Positions 17,502 to 27,052 of a DNA stretch of 38,305 nt are shown in pieces; the first letter of the stretch is position 1, and each line of letters opens with the position of its first letter. The DNA is from a virus (taxonomy: Duplodnaviria > Caudoviricetes). The notes beneath the pieces are model-generated. The model was not told the DNA's origin and made no database searches. It worked only from the letters and a program-made list of their open reading frames with translations. The position numbers were made by a program, and so were the translations under genes. The DNA lies in the IMG/VR virus record IMGVR_UViG_3300026288_000092, positions 1-38,305 of that record; one strand, given 5' to 3'.

Positions 17502-19908
17502 GGCGACCCCTTGAGACGTGGTATCCCTCCCAATCGACGCTCAGCAGAGCCGGCCCCTGTGGGGTTGCCCCCGAGATGGTGACTTCCACGTCGGTGTTGC
17601 GGCCCCGCACGGGAACTGCGAACCTCCCAGGCCCAGGTTGAAGGGCTCCGATGTTGGCTGTCGAAGTTCCCAGTTGACGGCCTGACGATTTGTAGGTGCG
17701 AGGCTCGCGGCCCACCTGATCCACGGTCACTGTGAACAGGCCCCAGTCGTCGTGGTTGATCCACAGGCGGTTTACCTGGGTTCGCCCCCGTGACACCCCA
17801 GCAGAGCCGTTGCCGGACTCCTCGCGTAGGATGAAGCGGCCCAAGGTGGCCGACCACGGAATAGCCTCCCCGATGGTGACGGAGTTGGCTGCGTGGTCTC
17901 CAGCGAAAACCACTTCCAGGCCACTGGGGGACACCTCCCCGCGCAAGATGGACCCGGCTGGGTACTGAGCGGTGGCCGCATGGGTGGTGACCCAGTACAC
18001 CGCAGTGGGGCTGGCGCTGTAGTCCAGGTGTGCGGTTGTCTTTGCCTGCCAGCCAGCCCCTGTTACGGTCAATTTGGGGCCGGAGTAGGACGCCTTACGG
18101 TCCACCCGGATGGAGTCAAATGCGGAGTTCAGCTCCACCTTTTCGGCGCACGTTAGGCCATCCCGTTCGACTGCCAGGTAGAGGGTTGTTCCTACCACTT
18201 CCATGGCCTGCACCAGACCGCCCATATCCCAGCGGTGCCAAGCACTCTGAAGGCGTTGACTTCCGTCCTGGTAGAACTGGTAAACGTAGATGCTGTTGCG
18301 CTCCCCCGCGTAGGTATAGGTCAGCAACATATTGTTGGCCGCTGACGCTCGGAGGATGGCGACTCCGTAGGGGATGTAGGCCGGGATGTGGCCGGTGATG
18401 TCTACGGCATCCTCCTGGGCGTCCACTCCAGACACGAAGTAGTTATAGAAAGCTGAGAAGTCCCCTTTGTCTGCTGGGAAGTAGAGGCTGTTGCCAAGCC
18501 CGGTGGGGCGTACTGTCGGGCGGCTCTCGAACTCAGTGAGCTGGCGGGTCCCTGCATTGGCTGGGCTCAGGTAGTCACCCATCGTCAGCTCAAATTGAGC
18601 GCGGCCCGAGAAGAACAATAGGCGGCGATTGAACGGGACCGCGTAGAACAGCGTGGACACCTTCGGGTGGTTGACGGTGACGCTTACAGGGTCCGAGTCC
18701 AGCAGGTTGATAACGGACGTGCGGTAGTAGTTGAAATACTCACTGGTCTCGGAGATATCGCAGCCTTCGCCTGATAGGAGGCCCATGCGATCCTGGAAGA
18801 AAAACAGGTCGTTGATCCGCTTGCCGACGAACCCCGGTTTGGGGTTTGATTTACTATCCCCGACCTTGCGCCCCGCCCAGGGGCAGGACCGCCACTGAAT
18901 ACCGTCCCTGTAGGGTTGAATCATCACGGGGAGGGTGTCTGGGTTCAGGCCGCTCACAGGCTCCAGGGGGTTCTGGGTCTCCTCCCAGGAACTCGCCGCC
19001 TCGTTGTATTGGAGGTAGTGGTCGCCGGCCGCTGACGAGTCGCCGCCTTCAACCTTCACGAAGAAACCAGGCGCTGCGTTGCGGCTGGGAAGCTCACCAA
19101 CGGATCGCACCGTGTGGGACACGTAGCTCATCCCACTGCCTCCCGTCCCATCGTCAACCACGGTGCCGGCTGGTCCGGCTGTGAAAGAGAGCACGGAGCC
19201 GCGCAGGGACACGCCGGGCACGGCTACGCCAGGGCCTGACCACGCTCCTCCATCTTCAGTAACGCCCGAAGCTGGGCGGGTGTTGCCCAACAACTCGTAG
19301 AGCACCATTGCAATCACCGTGGTGTTTGTGAGGCGGCTGTGAGAGGCGCTACCGCCGTCTGGGGTGGTGTAGGAGTAAACGCCATAGCCCGGCACGGAGA
19401 CCGTGTATGAGCGGCCGTAGTTGCCCGCCTTGACCCACAATAGGGCAGGCCAAGCGGAAGCGTGGGCAGGGGCGGACTGCTCCGCGACCACCACCGCGTT
19501 GTTGACCAGGAACGTGGTGTCCGCCTCCTTGATGACTTTGATGCTGTCAGCAGGGTTCGCGCACGAGGTGTACGGGATGTTGCTACCCAGTTGGCCTGTG
19601 GGTCCGTAGATGGGCAGGTTCTCCCCTGTCTTGGCGTTCGCCATTGCCACATCCCCGCTGGGAGAGGTGTTCAGCAGGTAGACCCCGGTGGCCCCGTAAT
19701 CCAGGACCACGGTATGGCCTCCCTCCTGGTAGCTGGTGAAGTTGGCCTGCACCACCCCGAGGTGATCCGTACCGAATCGACAGGTCAACCCTCGGGACGG
19801 CGTGCTCAGGCAGTTCACTTGCTCCTTCAGGTGAGACGGCAGGCGCAGCAGCTCGGGCTGTTGGGAGACCCCGCCGATCAGGTTAGGGATGCTTGAGGTG
19901 ATGAGCAT
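17494..19908 (-). CDS. gp12: Tail tubular protein B (gp12)
   Basis: IPNLIGGVSQQP start, VGDSKSNPKPGF, FFQDRMGLL, QSAWHRW. Confidence 0.95.
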   Translation of the reverse strand: MLITSSIPNLIGGVSQQPELLRLPSHLKEQVNCLSTPSRGLTCRFGTDHLGVVQANFTSYQEGGHTVVLDYGATGVYLLNTSPSGDVAMANAKTGENLPIYGPTGQLGSNIPYTSCANPADSIKVIKEADTTFLVNNAVVVAEQSAPAHASAWPALLWVKAGNYGRSYTVSVPGYGVYSYTTPDGGSASHSRLTNTTVIAMVLYELLGNTRPASGVTEDGGAWSGPGVAVPGVSLRGSVLSFTAGPAGTVVDDGTGGSGMSYVSHTVRSVGELPSRNAAPGFFVKVEGGDSSAAGDHYLQYNEAASSWEETQNPLEPVSGLNPDTLPVMIQPYRDGIQWRSCPWAGRKVGDSKSNPKPGFVGKRINDLFFFQDRMGLLSGEGCDISETSEYFNYYRTSVINLLDSDPVSVTVNHPKVSTLFYAVPFNRRLLFFSGRAQFELTMGDYLSPANAGTRQLTEFESRPTVRPTGLGNSLYFPADKGDFSAFYNYFVSGVDAQEDAVDITGHIPAYIPYGVAILRASAANNMLLTYTYAGERNSIYVYQFYQDGSQRLQSAWHRWDMGGLVQAMEVVGTTLYLAVERDGLTCAEKVELNSAFDSIRVDRKASYSGPKLTVTGAGWQAKTTAHLDYSASPTAVYWVTTHAATAQYPAGSILRGEVSPSGLEVVFAGDHAANSVTIGEAIPWSATLGRFILREESGNGSAGVSRGRTQVNRLWINHDDWGLFTVTVDQVGREPRTYKSSGRQLGTSTANIGALQPGPGRFAVPVRGRNTDVEVTISGATPQGPALLSVDWEGYHVSRGRRV

Positions 19909-19911
19909 GAG

Positions 19912-20487
19912 TTACCTCCTAGAGAGAGCCCGGCGCATGTCCGGGGAATTGAAGAAATTTGGATCTGACGATTGCCCCATCACCCTACGGAACGCGCGTA
20001 AGGCAACGGCCTCGTCCTCCGCAGTGAACCCATCTAAGGTCTGGGAGCCGGTCACCCGCTTCTGGAACAGGCGGCTGGCACGTACGGCGACGAAACGCCG
20101 GGCCGCTTCGGGAAGCTCCTCAAAGGGCAACATGAAGGTGATTTCAGCGGTGACCGAACGGCCAACCTTGAACGTGTGGTTGCCCCGGTCGTAGAGGCGG
20201 CTACCGCGCTGCACGAGGTCGAGGTCCCGATCAGGGCCGAAGGAGTCCGCGAACAGGCAATTGAGGGGGAGGGCAACTTCGCCGTCCACGGTCGCGGGGA
20301 GCGGGTAACCGGATTCTGTGTTGAAGGGCCAACCGTGCATCTGGAGGTCCCTGGACGCCTCGGTGAGCACGGCTTGGGCGGTGAGCGCATCCACCGATTC
20401 CGTCCCCACCAGGGAGTTCACTGGGGACTCCGCAATGGTTCCCAGCATCTGATTCACGGCTTCGAGGGAAGTGGTCGGAGTGAGCAT
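19912..20487 (-). CDS. gp11: Tail tubular protein A (gp11)
   Basis: LEAVNQMLGTIAESPV, GWPFNTE, RGSRLYD, PFEELPE. Confidence 0.95.
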   Translation of the reverse strand: MLTPTTSLEAVNQMLGTIAESPVNSLVGTESVDALTAQAVLTEASRDLQMHGWPFNTESGYPLPATVDGEVALPLNCLFADSFGPDRDLDLVQRGSRLYDRGNHTFKVGRSVTAEITFMLPFEELPEAARRFVAVRASRLFQKRVTGSQTLDGFTAEDEAVALRAFRRVMGQSSDPNFFNSPDMRRALSRR

Positions 20488-20497
20488 GGTGTTCTCG

Positions 20498-20532
20498 AAA
20501 AAATAGGGGACGCCTTGTTAGAGCGCCCCCTT
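20498..20532 (-). terminator. Terminator after major capsid (T-phi position)
   Basis: AGGGGGCGC...GCGTCCCCT followed by ATTTTTT. Confidence 0.75.
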
Positions 20533-20568
20533 GGGTTGATGATGAGTTCCCCTACTGGGGGCTCGGCC

Positions 20569-21510
20569 TTAGACCGAAGCGAGTTCCACCGAAGTCGCGG
20601 GGTTCAGCACACCGTGACCCATGGCGTACTTCGCCACCATCAAAGTGCCCTGCCAGCGAACGCTGTACTCGTGCTCCATTTGGATGTCCATGAGCTTCAG
20701 ATTGCCCACGGTGTCCTCGGTGAACACGACGCCTACCGTCTTGGTGAAGTCACCGCCGTACTTGTTACCGTAGCCGGCCCCCAGGGAGCCGTCCGGCACG
20801 ACGGTGCTGGGAACGTGGGTGCTCTTGAGCAGTTCAATCCCTGCCACTCGAAGGACCTTGCCTTCGGCGAACACGCCAGCACCACCCCAGTCCTTGTTCA
20901 GGACCTTCGTGTTCTGGGCGAGGCGGTTGTAGATGGCGGGGCGCAGGAAGGCGAAGCGGCCATCCTCCGGCACGTTCTTGTCGTCCAGCACGGTGGCGGC
21001 GTTGAAGAACGATTCCACCAGGGCGTCCATGTCGGTGTCCAGGCTGGGCACAGAGAGGACGGTCCCACCGAAGTCGGTGGAGATGCGAGCGGCGCCGCGA
21101 GCGGCCTGCACGGCAGTCTGGAGCAAGTGGCGGTCCAGAGTGTTCGCCAGGGCGTTGCCCAGCTTGCGGGCATACGGGGCACGAACTTCGTAATGGTTCA
21201 TGGCCTCCTGGATGTTGGCGATGAACACGTCAGCGATCAACGGCATGTCCACCGTCAGGGTCACCTCGTTGTGCACGATGGGGGTGCCCTCGATTTCGGT
21301 GCCGGGGGCGTGGTACTTGGCAGTGGTGTCACCAATCACCGGGAACTGGGCGCTGCGGCCGTTGCTGATGGTCCGCTGCGTGACTCGGGGCAGCACTTTG
21401 TTCTGCGCATCGAACTGAGTCAGGATTTCACCAGCGAACTGAGTGAGGAACAGCTCGAAGTCATCGCCGGAGCCCTCGCGCTGACCGGGATTGGAGGGGA
21501 ACGTTGCCAT
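20569..21510 (-). CDS. gp10: Major capsid protein (gp10)
   Basis: LFLTQFAGE, RTISNGRSAQFP and KYAMGHGVLNP motifs. Confidence 0.96.
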   Translation of the reverse strand: MATFPSNPGQREGSGDDFELFLTQFAGEILTQFDAQNKVLPRVTQRTISNGRSAQFPVIGDTTAKYHAPGTEIEGTPIVHNEVTLTVDMPLIADVFIANIQEAMNHYEVRAPYARKLGNALANTLDRHLLQTAVQAARGAARISTDFGGTVLSVPSLDTDMDALVESFFNAATVLDDKNVPEDGRFAFLRPAIYNRLAQNTKVLNKDWGGAGVFAEGKVLRVAGIELLKSTHVPSTVVPDGSLGAGYGNKYGGDFTKTVGVVFTEDTVGNLKLMDIQMEHEYSVRWQGTLMVAKYAMGHGVLNPATSVELASV

Positions 21511-21524
21511 GTTGTATTTCCTTG

Positions 21525-21546
21525 TATTGATATCGGGAATGTCTCG
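21525..21546. promoter_or_regulatory. Operator-like site just upstream of capsid RBS
   Basis: Minus strand CGAGACATTCCCGATATCAATA, in opposite orientation to the other copies. Confidence 0.6.
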
Positions 21547-21620
21547 TTTGCGAGAGCAAATAGACGAAGCAAAGCCCCCCCAGGCGCTGGGCCTAAGGGA
21601 GCTTCAGGAGGGGGTGGGGT

Positions 21621-22064
21621 TTAGGTGCCGGTGGGTTTGACGGAGACGCCGCGTACCTTTTCGTAGGTGCGGTACGCCCCGAGTCCCAGCAGGCCCATGA
21701 GGATGGTTGTGAGTTCGTCCAGTTGCAGCTTCGGGGGTGCACCCCAGCCAAGCCCGTTGGTTGCGGCCCAGCCAAGTAGCGGGATCAGGAAGAATTGACA
21801 AGCCAGAGCAAGGGCGCAAATCCAGCCAACTGCCGGGCGCCAGCCAGACTTGAATAGGGAGTCGGACTTAGCCTCCTCCGCGTTGATGAGTTGCTGACCT
21901 GCATCGCCAGCCACCAGGGCGTCCAGCACTTTGAATTCGCCGGCCTGTTGCATCTTCAGGACATCCAGCTCGGCCGAGGCGCGGGCTGCGGGGTCCGGGA
22001 AAACGCGGTCGAAGACTTTTTCGAGCACAGGACCAAAGGGGACCAACGCTGAAAGAAAGCTCAT
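21621..22064 (-). CDS. 3TM holin, gene-transfer-agent type (DUF3154-like)
   Basis: FPDP N-terminus, INAEEAKS..F.SGWRPAVGW, LMGLLGLGAYRTYEK. Confidence 0.85.
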   Translation of the reverse strand: MSFLSALVPFGPVLEKVFDRVFPDPAARASAELDVLKMQQAGEFKVLDALVAGDAGQQLINAEEAKSDSLFKSGWRPAVGWICALALACQFFLIPLLGWAATNGLGWGAPPKLQLDELTTILMGLLGLGAYRTYEKVRGVSVKPTGT

Positions 22065-22852
22065 CGGGGAAGGTCCCCAGAGACCTTGAGGCGTGCCTCG
22101 ACTTCAGCACGGAAGGCCGAGTCGAGGCGGTACTCAGGCTTGCGCATGTCGGCGGTCACCTGTGCCCACGATTGATAACCAGCCACGCCGGAGCCCTGGG
22201 ACACAGCCGAGGTCAGCAGCTTGGGCTCGGGACGGTTCGCCGCAGCGAATCGCGTATGGAGAGCCTGCACGGCGAACTTGGCGGTGTCGATGTCGCCCCC
22301 GTTGACGAGCTTGTTGTACGAATCAATCTCGGCTTTGGTCAGCGTCGAGGACGCCCATGTCACGAGGCGTTGGTACTCGGCCGCGTCCTTCACCACAGAA
22401 GTGATGACGGCGGTTTCGTACTCTGCCGTTTTGGCTGCGGAGCTTGCCACCATGCCCGAGACGTACTGATCCACGGTGGCTTGATCCACGCCTTGCTTCG
22501 CCAGCGCTGCGTAGGTCGCTGCGGACAGGCTGCCGGTGTCCAGCTCCGAACTCAGACCGTCACGGGTGAGGCCCGCATTGGTGAGCAGGCTGTCCACGAA
22601 GGACGTGCCGGGGTTCTCGGGCTGAACTTGGGGAGCAGTCGCAGGAGTCGCAGCAGGAGAACCAGCAGGGGACGGTGCGGGAGCGGGATCGGTGGGAGCA
22701 CCATCGGGATTGGCGGGGGACTTTGACGGTACGGAGGACAGACCAGCGGCGGCAGAGGCTTGGCCTGCCTCATAGCGTTCCTGCATAGATTCGTTGTGAC
22801 CATCGGGGGCTCCACCCTCGCGGTTAATGGTGATGGAATTGGCTTGGTTCAT
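22061..22852 (-). CDS. gp9: Capsid assembly scaffolding protein (gp9-like)
   Basis: LSAATYAALAKQG, YQRLVTWA, DMRKPEYRLDSAFRAEVEARL C-terminus. Confidence 0.88.
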   Translation of the reverse strand: MNQANSITINREGGAPDGHNESMQERYEAGQASAAAGLSSVPSKSPANPDGAPTDPAPAPSPAGSPAATPATAPQVQPENPGTSFVDSLLTNAGLTRDGLSSELDTGSLSAATYAALAKQGVDQATVDQYVSGMVASSAAKTAEYETAVITSVVKDAAEYQRLVTWASSTLTKAEIDSYNKLVNGGDIDTAKFAVQALHTRFAAANRPEPKLLTSAVSQGSGVAGYQSWAQVTADMRKPEYRLDSAFRAEVEARLKVSGDLPR

Positions 22853-22857
22853 ATCAA

Positions 22858-23112
22858 TCAGAAGTAGACGGCGACAGCGCCACCTTCCATGCGGTAACCC
22901 TTGGCGGTCGGATAGGTCCGCGTCAGGGTCTCATAGCCAGGAGGCAGCTTGGACATAGGCAGCAGCGTGGGCTGCCCAGCGGGAGGGGAGAGGCGGGCCT
23001 TGTCCTCGGTTGCGTCCCCTAGGTTTTGGACCACGATGTTCTCAGCGACATCGGCGGCGGTGGGTTCTTGAGTCACGGGGTCCTGCGCGGGTTTGCGGGC
23101 AGCTTTGGTCAT
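22858..23112 (-). CDS. Hypothetical protein between portal and scaffold
   Basis: ATGA overlap with the portal stop; fills the intergenic gap. Confidence 0.6.
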   Translation of the reverse strand: MTKAARKPAQDPVTQEPTAADVAENIVVQNLGDATEDKARLSPPAGQPTLLPMSKLPPGYETLTRTYPTAKGYRMEGGAVAVYF

Positions 23113-24653
23113 TCCTTCATTCCTTCTTTAATGAGATTGCCCCCGGCTTGAATGGCCGGGTTCAAGCCTTGCTGCATCATCTGCATTGCCATGGCTTGCT
23201 GATCGTTTTGTTGGACTTCCGCCTCCGAAAGGAGAAGCCCATCGGCTCTGACACCACAGGCGGTGAACACGAGTGTCAATATGTCGGCAACCCGGAGGCG
23301 CTTAGCCACTTGCTCAGGGCCAACGGCCGCTACAGCCTTGGATAGAGCCTGCTCAAGTTTGCTCAGGTCGCTACTGCGTCCCAGGGCCTCTAAGCCTGTG
23401 ACCACCACCGGCTTGACATCCTTCTCGGGAAGCGCCGGGAGCTTGCCCGCTTGCTGTAGCACGTACATGGTGCGGGTTGCCAGGGGTAGCTGTAACTCTT
23501 TCGCCAGGAGCGAGTAGAGACCACCCAGGGAGTCCTCCAACTCTTGCGCCACGTATCGAATTTCCTCGGCAGTCACCCGCTCGCCTCGGCGTTGCACGGC
23601 GCTGTTCAAGAGAAACGCGAACGACAGGCGTTCAGTGGTGGAGTTGGCCTGCTCCAGGGCCACCCGGAAGTCGGAATACTTGCCGAGTTGGAGGGCGTTC
23701 ACGTCATTGACGGTTCCGTCCACAAAGTCCCCGTTGCGGGCTTTCGCTAGGTCGTCCTTTTCGGTGACTCCGTTCGGGTTCACCAGGAACAGCAGCTTGG
23801 CCGCGCCCACTGCTCCCTCCAGCAGCGCCTGGGATAGCCCCTCCAGACTCAGGAGGTCTCCCAGGTACTCATGGACGTAGGAGCGCCCATAGTCACGGCC
23901 GGCTTGCTTGATGAGGCGCAGCGGAATCCAGGGACACTTGTCCAGCGGGTACTCACCCCGTGTGCCTGGGACCTCCAGCCCTCCGACCTCCTGGTACGCC
24001 ACCCATTGCGTGGACTCTCGGGTGACGTGGGTGTAGATGGTCACCTCGTCTTTGTTGTCATCCCGGTTCTTGGACGCCTTCAGCAGGGCACGGAAGTCCG
24101 GGTCTAAAGCCACTCGGGCGATCTTTTCCTGGAGCACGATGTCGAGGACGTTGCCTGCGCGGTCCCTGCGGCACACATAGGCGTGCAGCCAATGGAGTTC
24201 CAGCGGCCCGTCATCAGGGAGGTACAGCAGCACGTTGCCGGCCACGATGAGGTGCTTGAACAACTCGAAGCTGGTCTCGTGAAGGCCGCGACTGGTCAGC
24301 TCAGAGGTGACCCGCGACTCAAGCGTGCTTAGCCCCGTTTCAACCTTGGAGCGAATATCCGGCGTGGCGGACATCGAGGCAAGAACTTCGTCCTCGACCT
24401 TCAGGCGGAAGAAGGGGGTCTTGGGGGGGAACAGCGCCAGCATCATCTTGGCGGCGATGTTGTTGACACCACGCGAGCCTACCGACTGGTACGGGGTCAC
24501 AAAGTCGTCAACCTTGGTGGGGTGCTGCGGGAACAGCGAGGGGATCGTGACACCGGCACAGCGAGCGGCATCGGAGATGTAGGAGGAGCGCTTGGCTTGG
24601 AGGTGTGAGTAGAGGCTCCCTGCGGTTGTTTTATTGGGGAGTGCTCCGGTCAT
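23109..24653 (-). CDS. gp8: Portal / head-tail connector (gp8)
   Basis: TIPSLF, YQSVGSRGVNN, DYGRSYV, QRRGERVTAEEIRYVA, TGLEALGR. Confidence 0.96.
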   Translation of the reverse strand: MTGALPNKTTAGSLYSHLQAKRSSYISDAARCAGVTIPSLFPQHPTKVDDFVTPYQSVGSRGVNNIAAKMMLALFPPKTPFFRLKVEDEVLASMSATPDIRSKVETGLSTLESRVTSELTSRGLHETSFELFKHLIVAGNVLLYLPDDGPLELHWLHAYVCRRDRAGNVLDIVLQEKIARVALDPDFRALLKASKNRDDNKDEVTIYTHVTRESTQWVAYQEVGGLEVPGTRGEYPLDKCPWIPLRLIKQAGRDYGRSYVHEYLGDLLSLEGLSQALLEGAVGAAKLLFLVNPNGVTEKDDLAKARNGDFVDGTVNDVNALQLGKYSDFRVALEQANSTTERLSFAFLLNSAVQRRGERVTAEEIRYVAQELEDSLGGLYSLLAKELQLPLATRTMYVLQQAGKLPALPEKDVKPVVVTGLEALGRSSDLSKLEQALSKAVAAVGPEQVAKRLRVADILTLVFTACGVRADGLLLSEAEVQQNDQQAMAMQMMQQGLNPAIQAGGNLIKEGMKE

Positions 24654-24656
24654 TGT

Positions 24657-24836
24657 TTAGCTCGGAATGTTCAGGCCGGACATACCGCTTCGGGCGGGAG
24701 TCGGGACCGTGAGCACGGAACGGCCGGAGCGGCGTGGGTTCTTCTTACCGCCAGTGTCCACAACGGTGGGCTTTACGGTCTCCTCGGGCAGCGGCACTTC
24801 AGGGGCCGGGGCGTGCGGTTTCGGAGCGGTGCACAT
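24657..24836 (-). CDS. Small virion protein (gp6.7/gp7.3-like)
   Basis: MCxxPK start and SGLNIP end; AAGGA SD; precedes portal. Confidence 0.7.
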   Translation of the reverse strand: MCTAPKPHAPAPEVPLPEETVKPTVVDTGGKKNPRRSGRSVLTVPTPARSGMSGLNIPS

Positions 24837-24841
24837 GAGTG

Positions 24842-25045
24842 TTAGCGTCCTTTCTGAGTTGGGTTGATCTGATGCTCGTACTGGCGGCGCAGGAACTGGA
24901 GAACGGCTTGCTCCCCCTGGCGCACCCGCAACAGCGCCACCACGGTGTCCGCAGAGGCGTCGATTGGTGGTGTGATGGGGGTGTTGGGGAAAGCCGTGTC
25001 CAGCGCCTTCAGCAACGACTCGGAGATGGGTGCGGTGATTCGCAT
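24842..25045 (-). CDS. Hypothetical protein, first late gene
   Basis: ISESLLKALDTAFP...GEQAVLQFL motif; immediately follows the late promoter. Confidence 0.7.
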   Translation of the reverse strand: MRITAPISESLLKALDTAFPNTPITPPIDASADTVVALLRVRQGEQAVLQFLRRQYEHQINPTQKGR

Positions 25046-25051
25046 ACTTCG

Positions 25052-25081
25052 CCGGGTTGTCCAATAAGGGTCGTTTTTATT
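25052..25081 (-). promoter_or_regulatory. Phage RNAP promoter (late)
   Basis: Exact 30-bp copy at the head of the structural module. Confidence 0.88.
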
Positions 25082-25355
25082 TTTGGATAGCAATCGTCAG
25101 GGCGAGCATGATGGCTGCGACCTTGGCAGAGACACTGGCCCACCCAGCACGTACCTTGGCCCACAGCTTGCGGAACGGGGTAGCGATGGTGAAAGCCACG
25201 TCTGCCAGAGCGCTTTTGAAGGCACCCTTGACGGTCGGCTCTTGGCCTGCGCGGTGTTGGGCGATGAATGTCTTGACGGCCACGACGGCCACCCAAACAG
25301 TCAGGATGATGACGGCGGCGACAACGAGGGCGATGAAGATGGACAGGTGGTTCAT
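25077..25355 (-). CDS. Hypothetical membrane protein
   Basis: N-terminal hydrophobic helix and basic amphipathic C-terminal half; AAGGA SD. Confidence 0.65.
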   Translation of the reverse strand: MNHLSIFIALVVAAVIILTVWVAVVAVKTFIAQHRAGQEPTVKGAFKSALADVAFTIATPFRKLWAKVRAGWASVSAKVAAIMLALTIAIQK

Positions 25356-25397
25356 AGGGGGTCCTTGGGGTATGTAGAGAACAGGGGGTGCGGCGGG

Positions 25398-25853
25398 TTA
25401 GGCGGTGCGCTTGCCGCTCGCTTGGTTTTGCTCGTGAGCGATGAGGAGGTCGATGGTGTGACGGGCCTTGCGTAGATCGGCGATGCCGTTCTTGCTGCGG
25501 AATCTCGTCACGTACTTGATGACCGTGTGCTGCATGGGGTCCAGGCGGTTCACCATTGAGAACTCAAACGGTTGAATCGGCATGTCCTTGTAGTGAGCGC
25601 CGCCCTCCTGAATGGCCCACGGGTTTTGTGTGGAACCTTGCTCGGCCGGCTGCTCGCTGGCCGCACTCGGACGTGGGTCGGTGAGAGGCGGCTCCTTTGG
25701 GCGCCACATGGGCAGAGAAACGTTGGACGAACAGGACCAGCAGATGGCCCCCTTCTTGTTGAGGGGGATGGTGGGGTCGTGCCGGGCGCACGTCAGGCAG
25801 TCGCGGCGTTCTTCCCCTTCGGGGCCGACAGGGATGGGTGGATAAGGGCTCAT
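25398..25853 (-). CDS. DUF3310 / gp1.7-like nucleotide kinase domain protein
   Basis: QEGGAHY, IQP, IKYVTR..KNGIADLRKA; N-terminal CxxC...CxxC. Confidence 0.8.
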   Translation of the reverse strand: MSPYPPIPVGPEGEERRDCLTCARHDPTIPLNKKGAICWSCSSNVSLPMWRPKEPPLTDPRPSAASEQPAEQGSTQNPWAIQEGGAHYKDMPIQPFEFSMVNRLDPMQHTVIKYVTRFRSKNGIADLRKARHTIDLLIAHEQNQASGKRTA

Positions 25854-26146
25854 TGAGAATTCCCTGAACGTTGCGGTGTGGTGTGCCATTCGGTGACCGT
25901 CACTGTCTTGGTGTGCGGGTACACCTCACTCACCTCGGGGGTGAGGTAGTCCCAATCGGTGTGGTAACTCCCGTAGCGTCTCTGATCCACAGTGAAGAAA
26001 CGCTTGGTCTCCAGATGCTCAAACACGGTGCACAGGTGCTGGCCTTTCCCCTCCTGTGTCCAGTCGCCAGTTTCCCGAACGGCGAAGCCTTCAGGCTCGC
26101 CATCGCCGCCGTTGAAGGCGTTCAGCAGTTCTGTTCGGGGGTCCAT
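25850..26146 (-). CDS. Phage hypothetical protein
   Basis: MDPRTEL start; GSYHTDWDY...EVYP..KT motif; coupled to neighbouring genes. Confidence 0.65.
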   Translation of the reverse strand: MDPRTELLNAFNGGDGEPEGFAVRETGDWTQEGKGQHLCTVFEHLETKRFFTVDQRRYGSYHTDWDYLTPEVSEVYPHTKTVTVTEWHTTPQRSGNSQ

Positions 26147-26883
26147 AAGATGGGTTTCCTTTTCTTGTAGTCGTAGTCGGTGTGGCGGCAGATACGCGCC
26201 ACGCGGGCCTGCTGAATCGCCACCTGCTCGGAGAGGCCGGCCTTCCGGTAGGCGGCAACAACCACAGGCCACAGCGGGTCCTCGGTGTTCAACAGCTCCA
26301 GGGCTTTTTTCGGACCAACGCCGGGACACCCTGTGTAGCCATCGGTGGTGTCTCCGGTCAGCGTCTGGTACAGGTGCCACCAGTCCGCCTCCTCGCTGTT
26401 TATCTCGAAGAACCGACCGTTCCCTTGGTTGTAGTGCTTGCCCGGTAAGGTTTTCATGTCCTTGTCCAGACTGGCGAGGATTCGGTCGCCTTGGATCAGG
26501 GTCGGGTGGGTCAGCAGGATGCCTGCCACGTCGTCCCCCTCAAGGGTGGGACGCATGTACGCTCTGCTGCCGTACTCGGTCAGGCACCATTCAAATAGGT
26601 GGCGCCTCAGCAGGGGCCGTCTGGTGCCCTTTCGGTTGCCCTTGTAGGTGGGCAAGATGTCCAGACGCCAGTTGCGGTCTAGGTCCGTCAGCGGTAGCAC
26701 GAAGTCATCTGCCTTCAAGGTGACCACTAGGGACTCGATGGCGGATCGCAGGGCGTGCTGGCCGTGTTCCTCCTCGGCGTGGTATGTCCACATGCCGTCG
26801 TCCCAGCGGTGCTCGTGCTCCACCTGGAGGGCAGCTTGATAGATCAGGATGTCAGCGTCCAGGATCGCCGTCAGCTTTGGCAT
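26122..26883 (-). CDS. gp6: 5'-3' exonuclease (gp6)
   Basis: LDADIL, PTYKGNRK, LEGDDV, DKDMKTLPG, GDTTDGYTGCPGVG. Confidence 0.95.
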   Translation of the reverse strand: MPKLTAILDADILIYQAALQVEHEHRWDDGMWTYHAEEEHGQHALRSAIESLVVTLKADDFVLPLTDLDRNWRLDILPTYKGNRKGTRRPLLRRHLFEWCLTEYGSRAYMRPTLEGDDVAGILLTHPTLIQGDRILASLDKDMKTLPGKHYNQGNGRFFEINSEEADWWHLYQTLTGDTTDGYTGCPGVGPKKALELLNTEDPLWPVVVAAYRKAGLSEQVAIQQARVARICRHTDYDYKKRKPILWTPEQNC

Positions 26884-27052
26884 GGGGGTTCTCCTTGGTT
26901 CGATTGCAGCTTGTGCAAGTGGTGTCTCGGTAGCGCCGGAATGGCATCTGGGTGTTCACCGGAAAGGCGCCATCCAGGAAGACCTGGCGACAATCCCAGC
27001 ACAGCAGGGAAGTGGGGGTTGGTGATTGGTAGAGCCGCAGGTCAAAACGCAT
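26852..27052 (-). CDS. Small CxxC-CxxC protein
   Basis: MRFDL...CWDC...CTSC; fills the gap upstream of the exonuclease. Confidence 0.45.
   Translation of the reverse strand: MRFDLRLYQSPTPTSLLCWDCRQVFLDGAFPVNTQMPFRRYRDTTCTSCNRTKENPHAKADGDPGR

Noticed and set aside
20533..20600. T7 10A/10B-type capsid frameshift
   Set aside because: No slippery sequence or extended alternative frame seen before the terminator.
20176..21624. 482-aa plus-strand ORF
   Set aside because: Antisense shadow of the capsid and tail tube A genes in GC-rich DNA; no SD or recognisable motifs.
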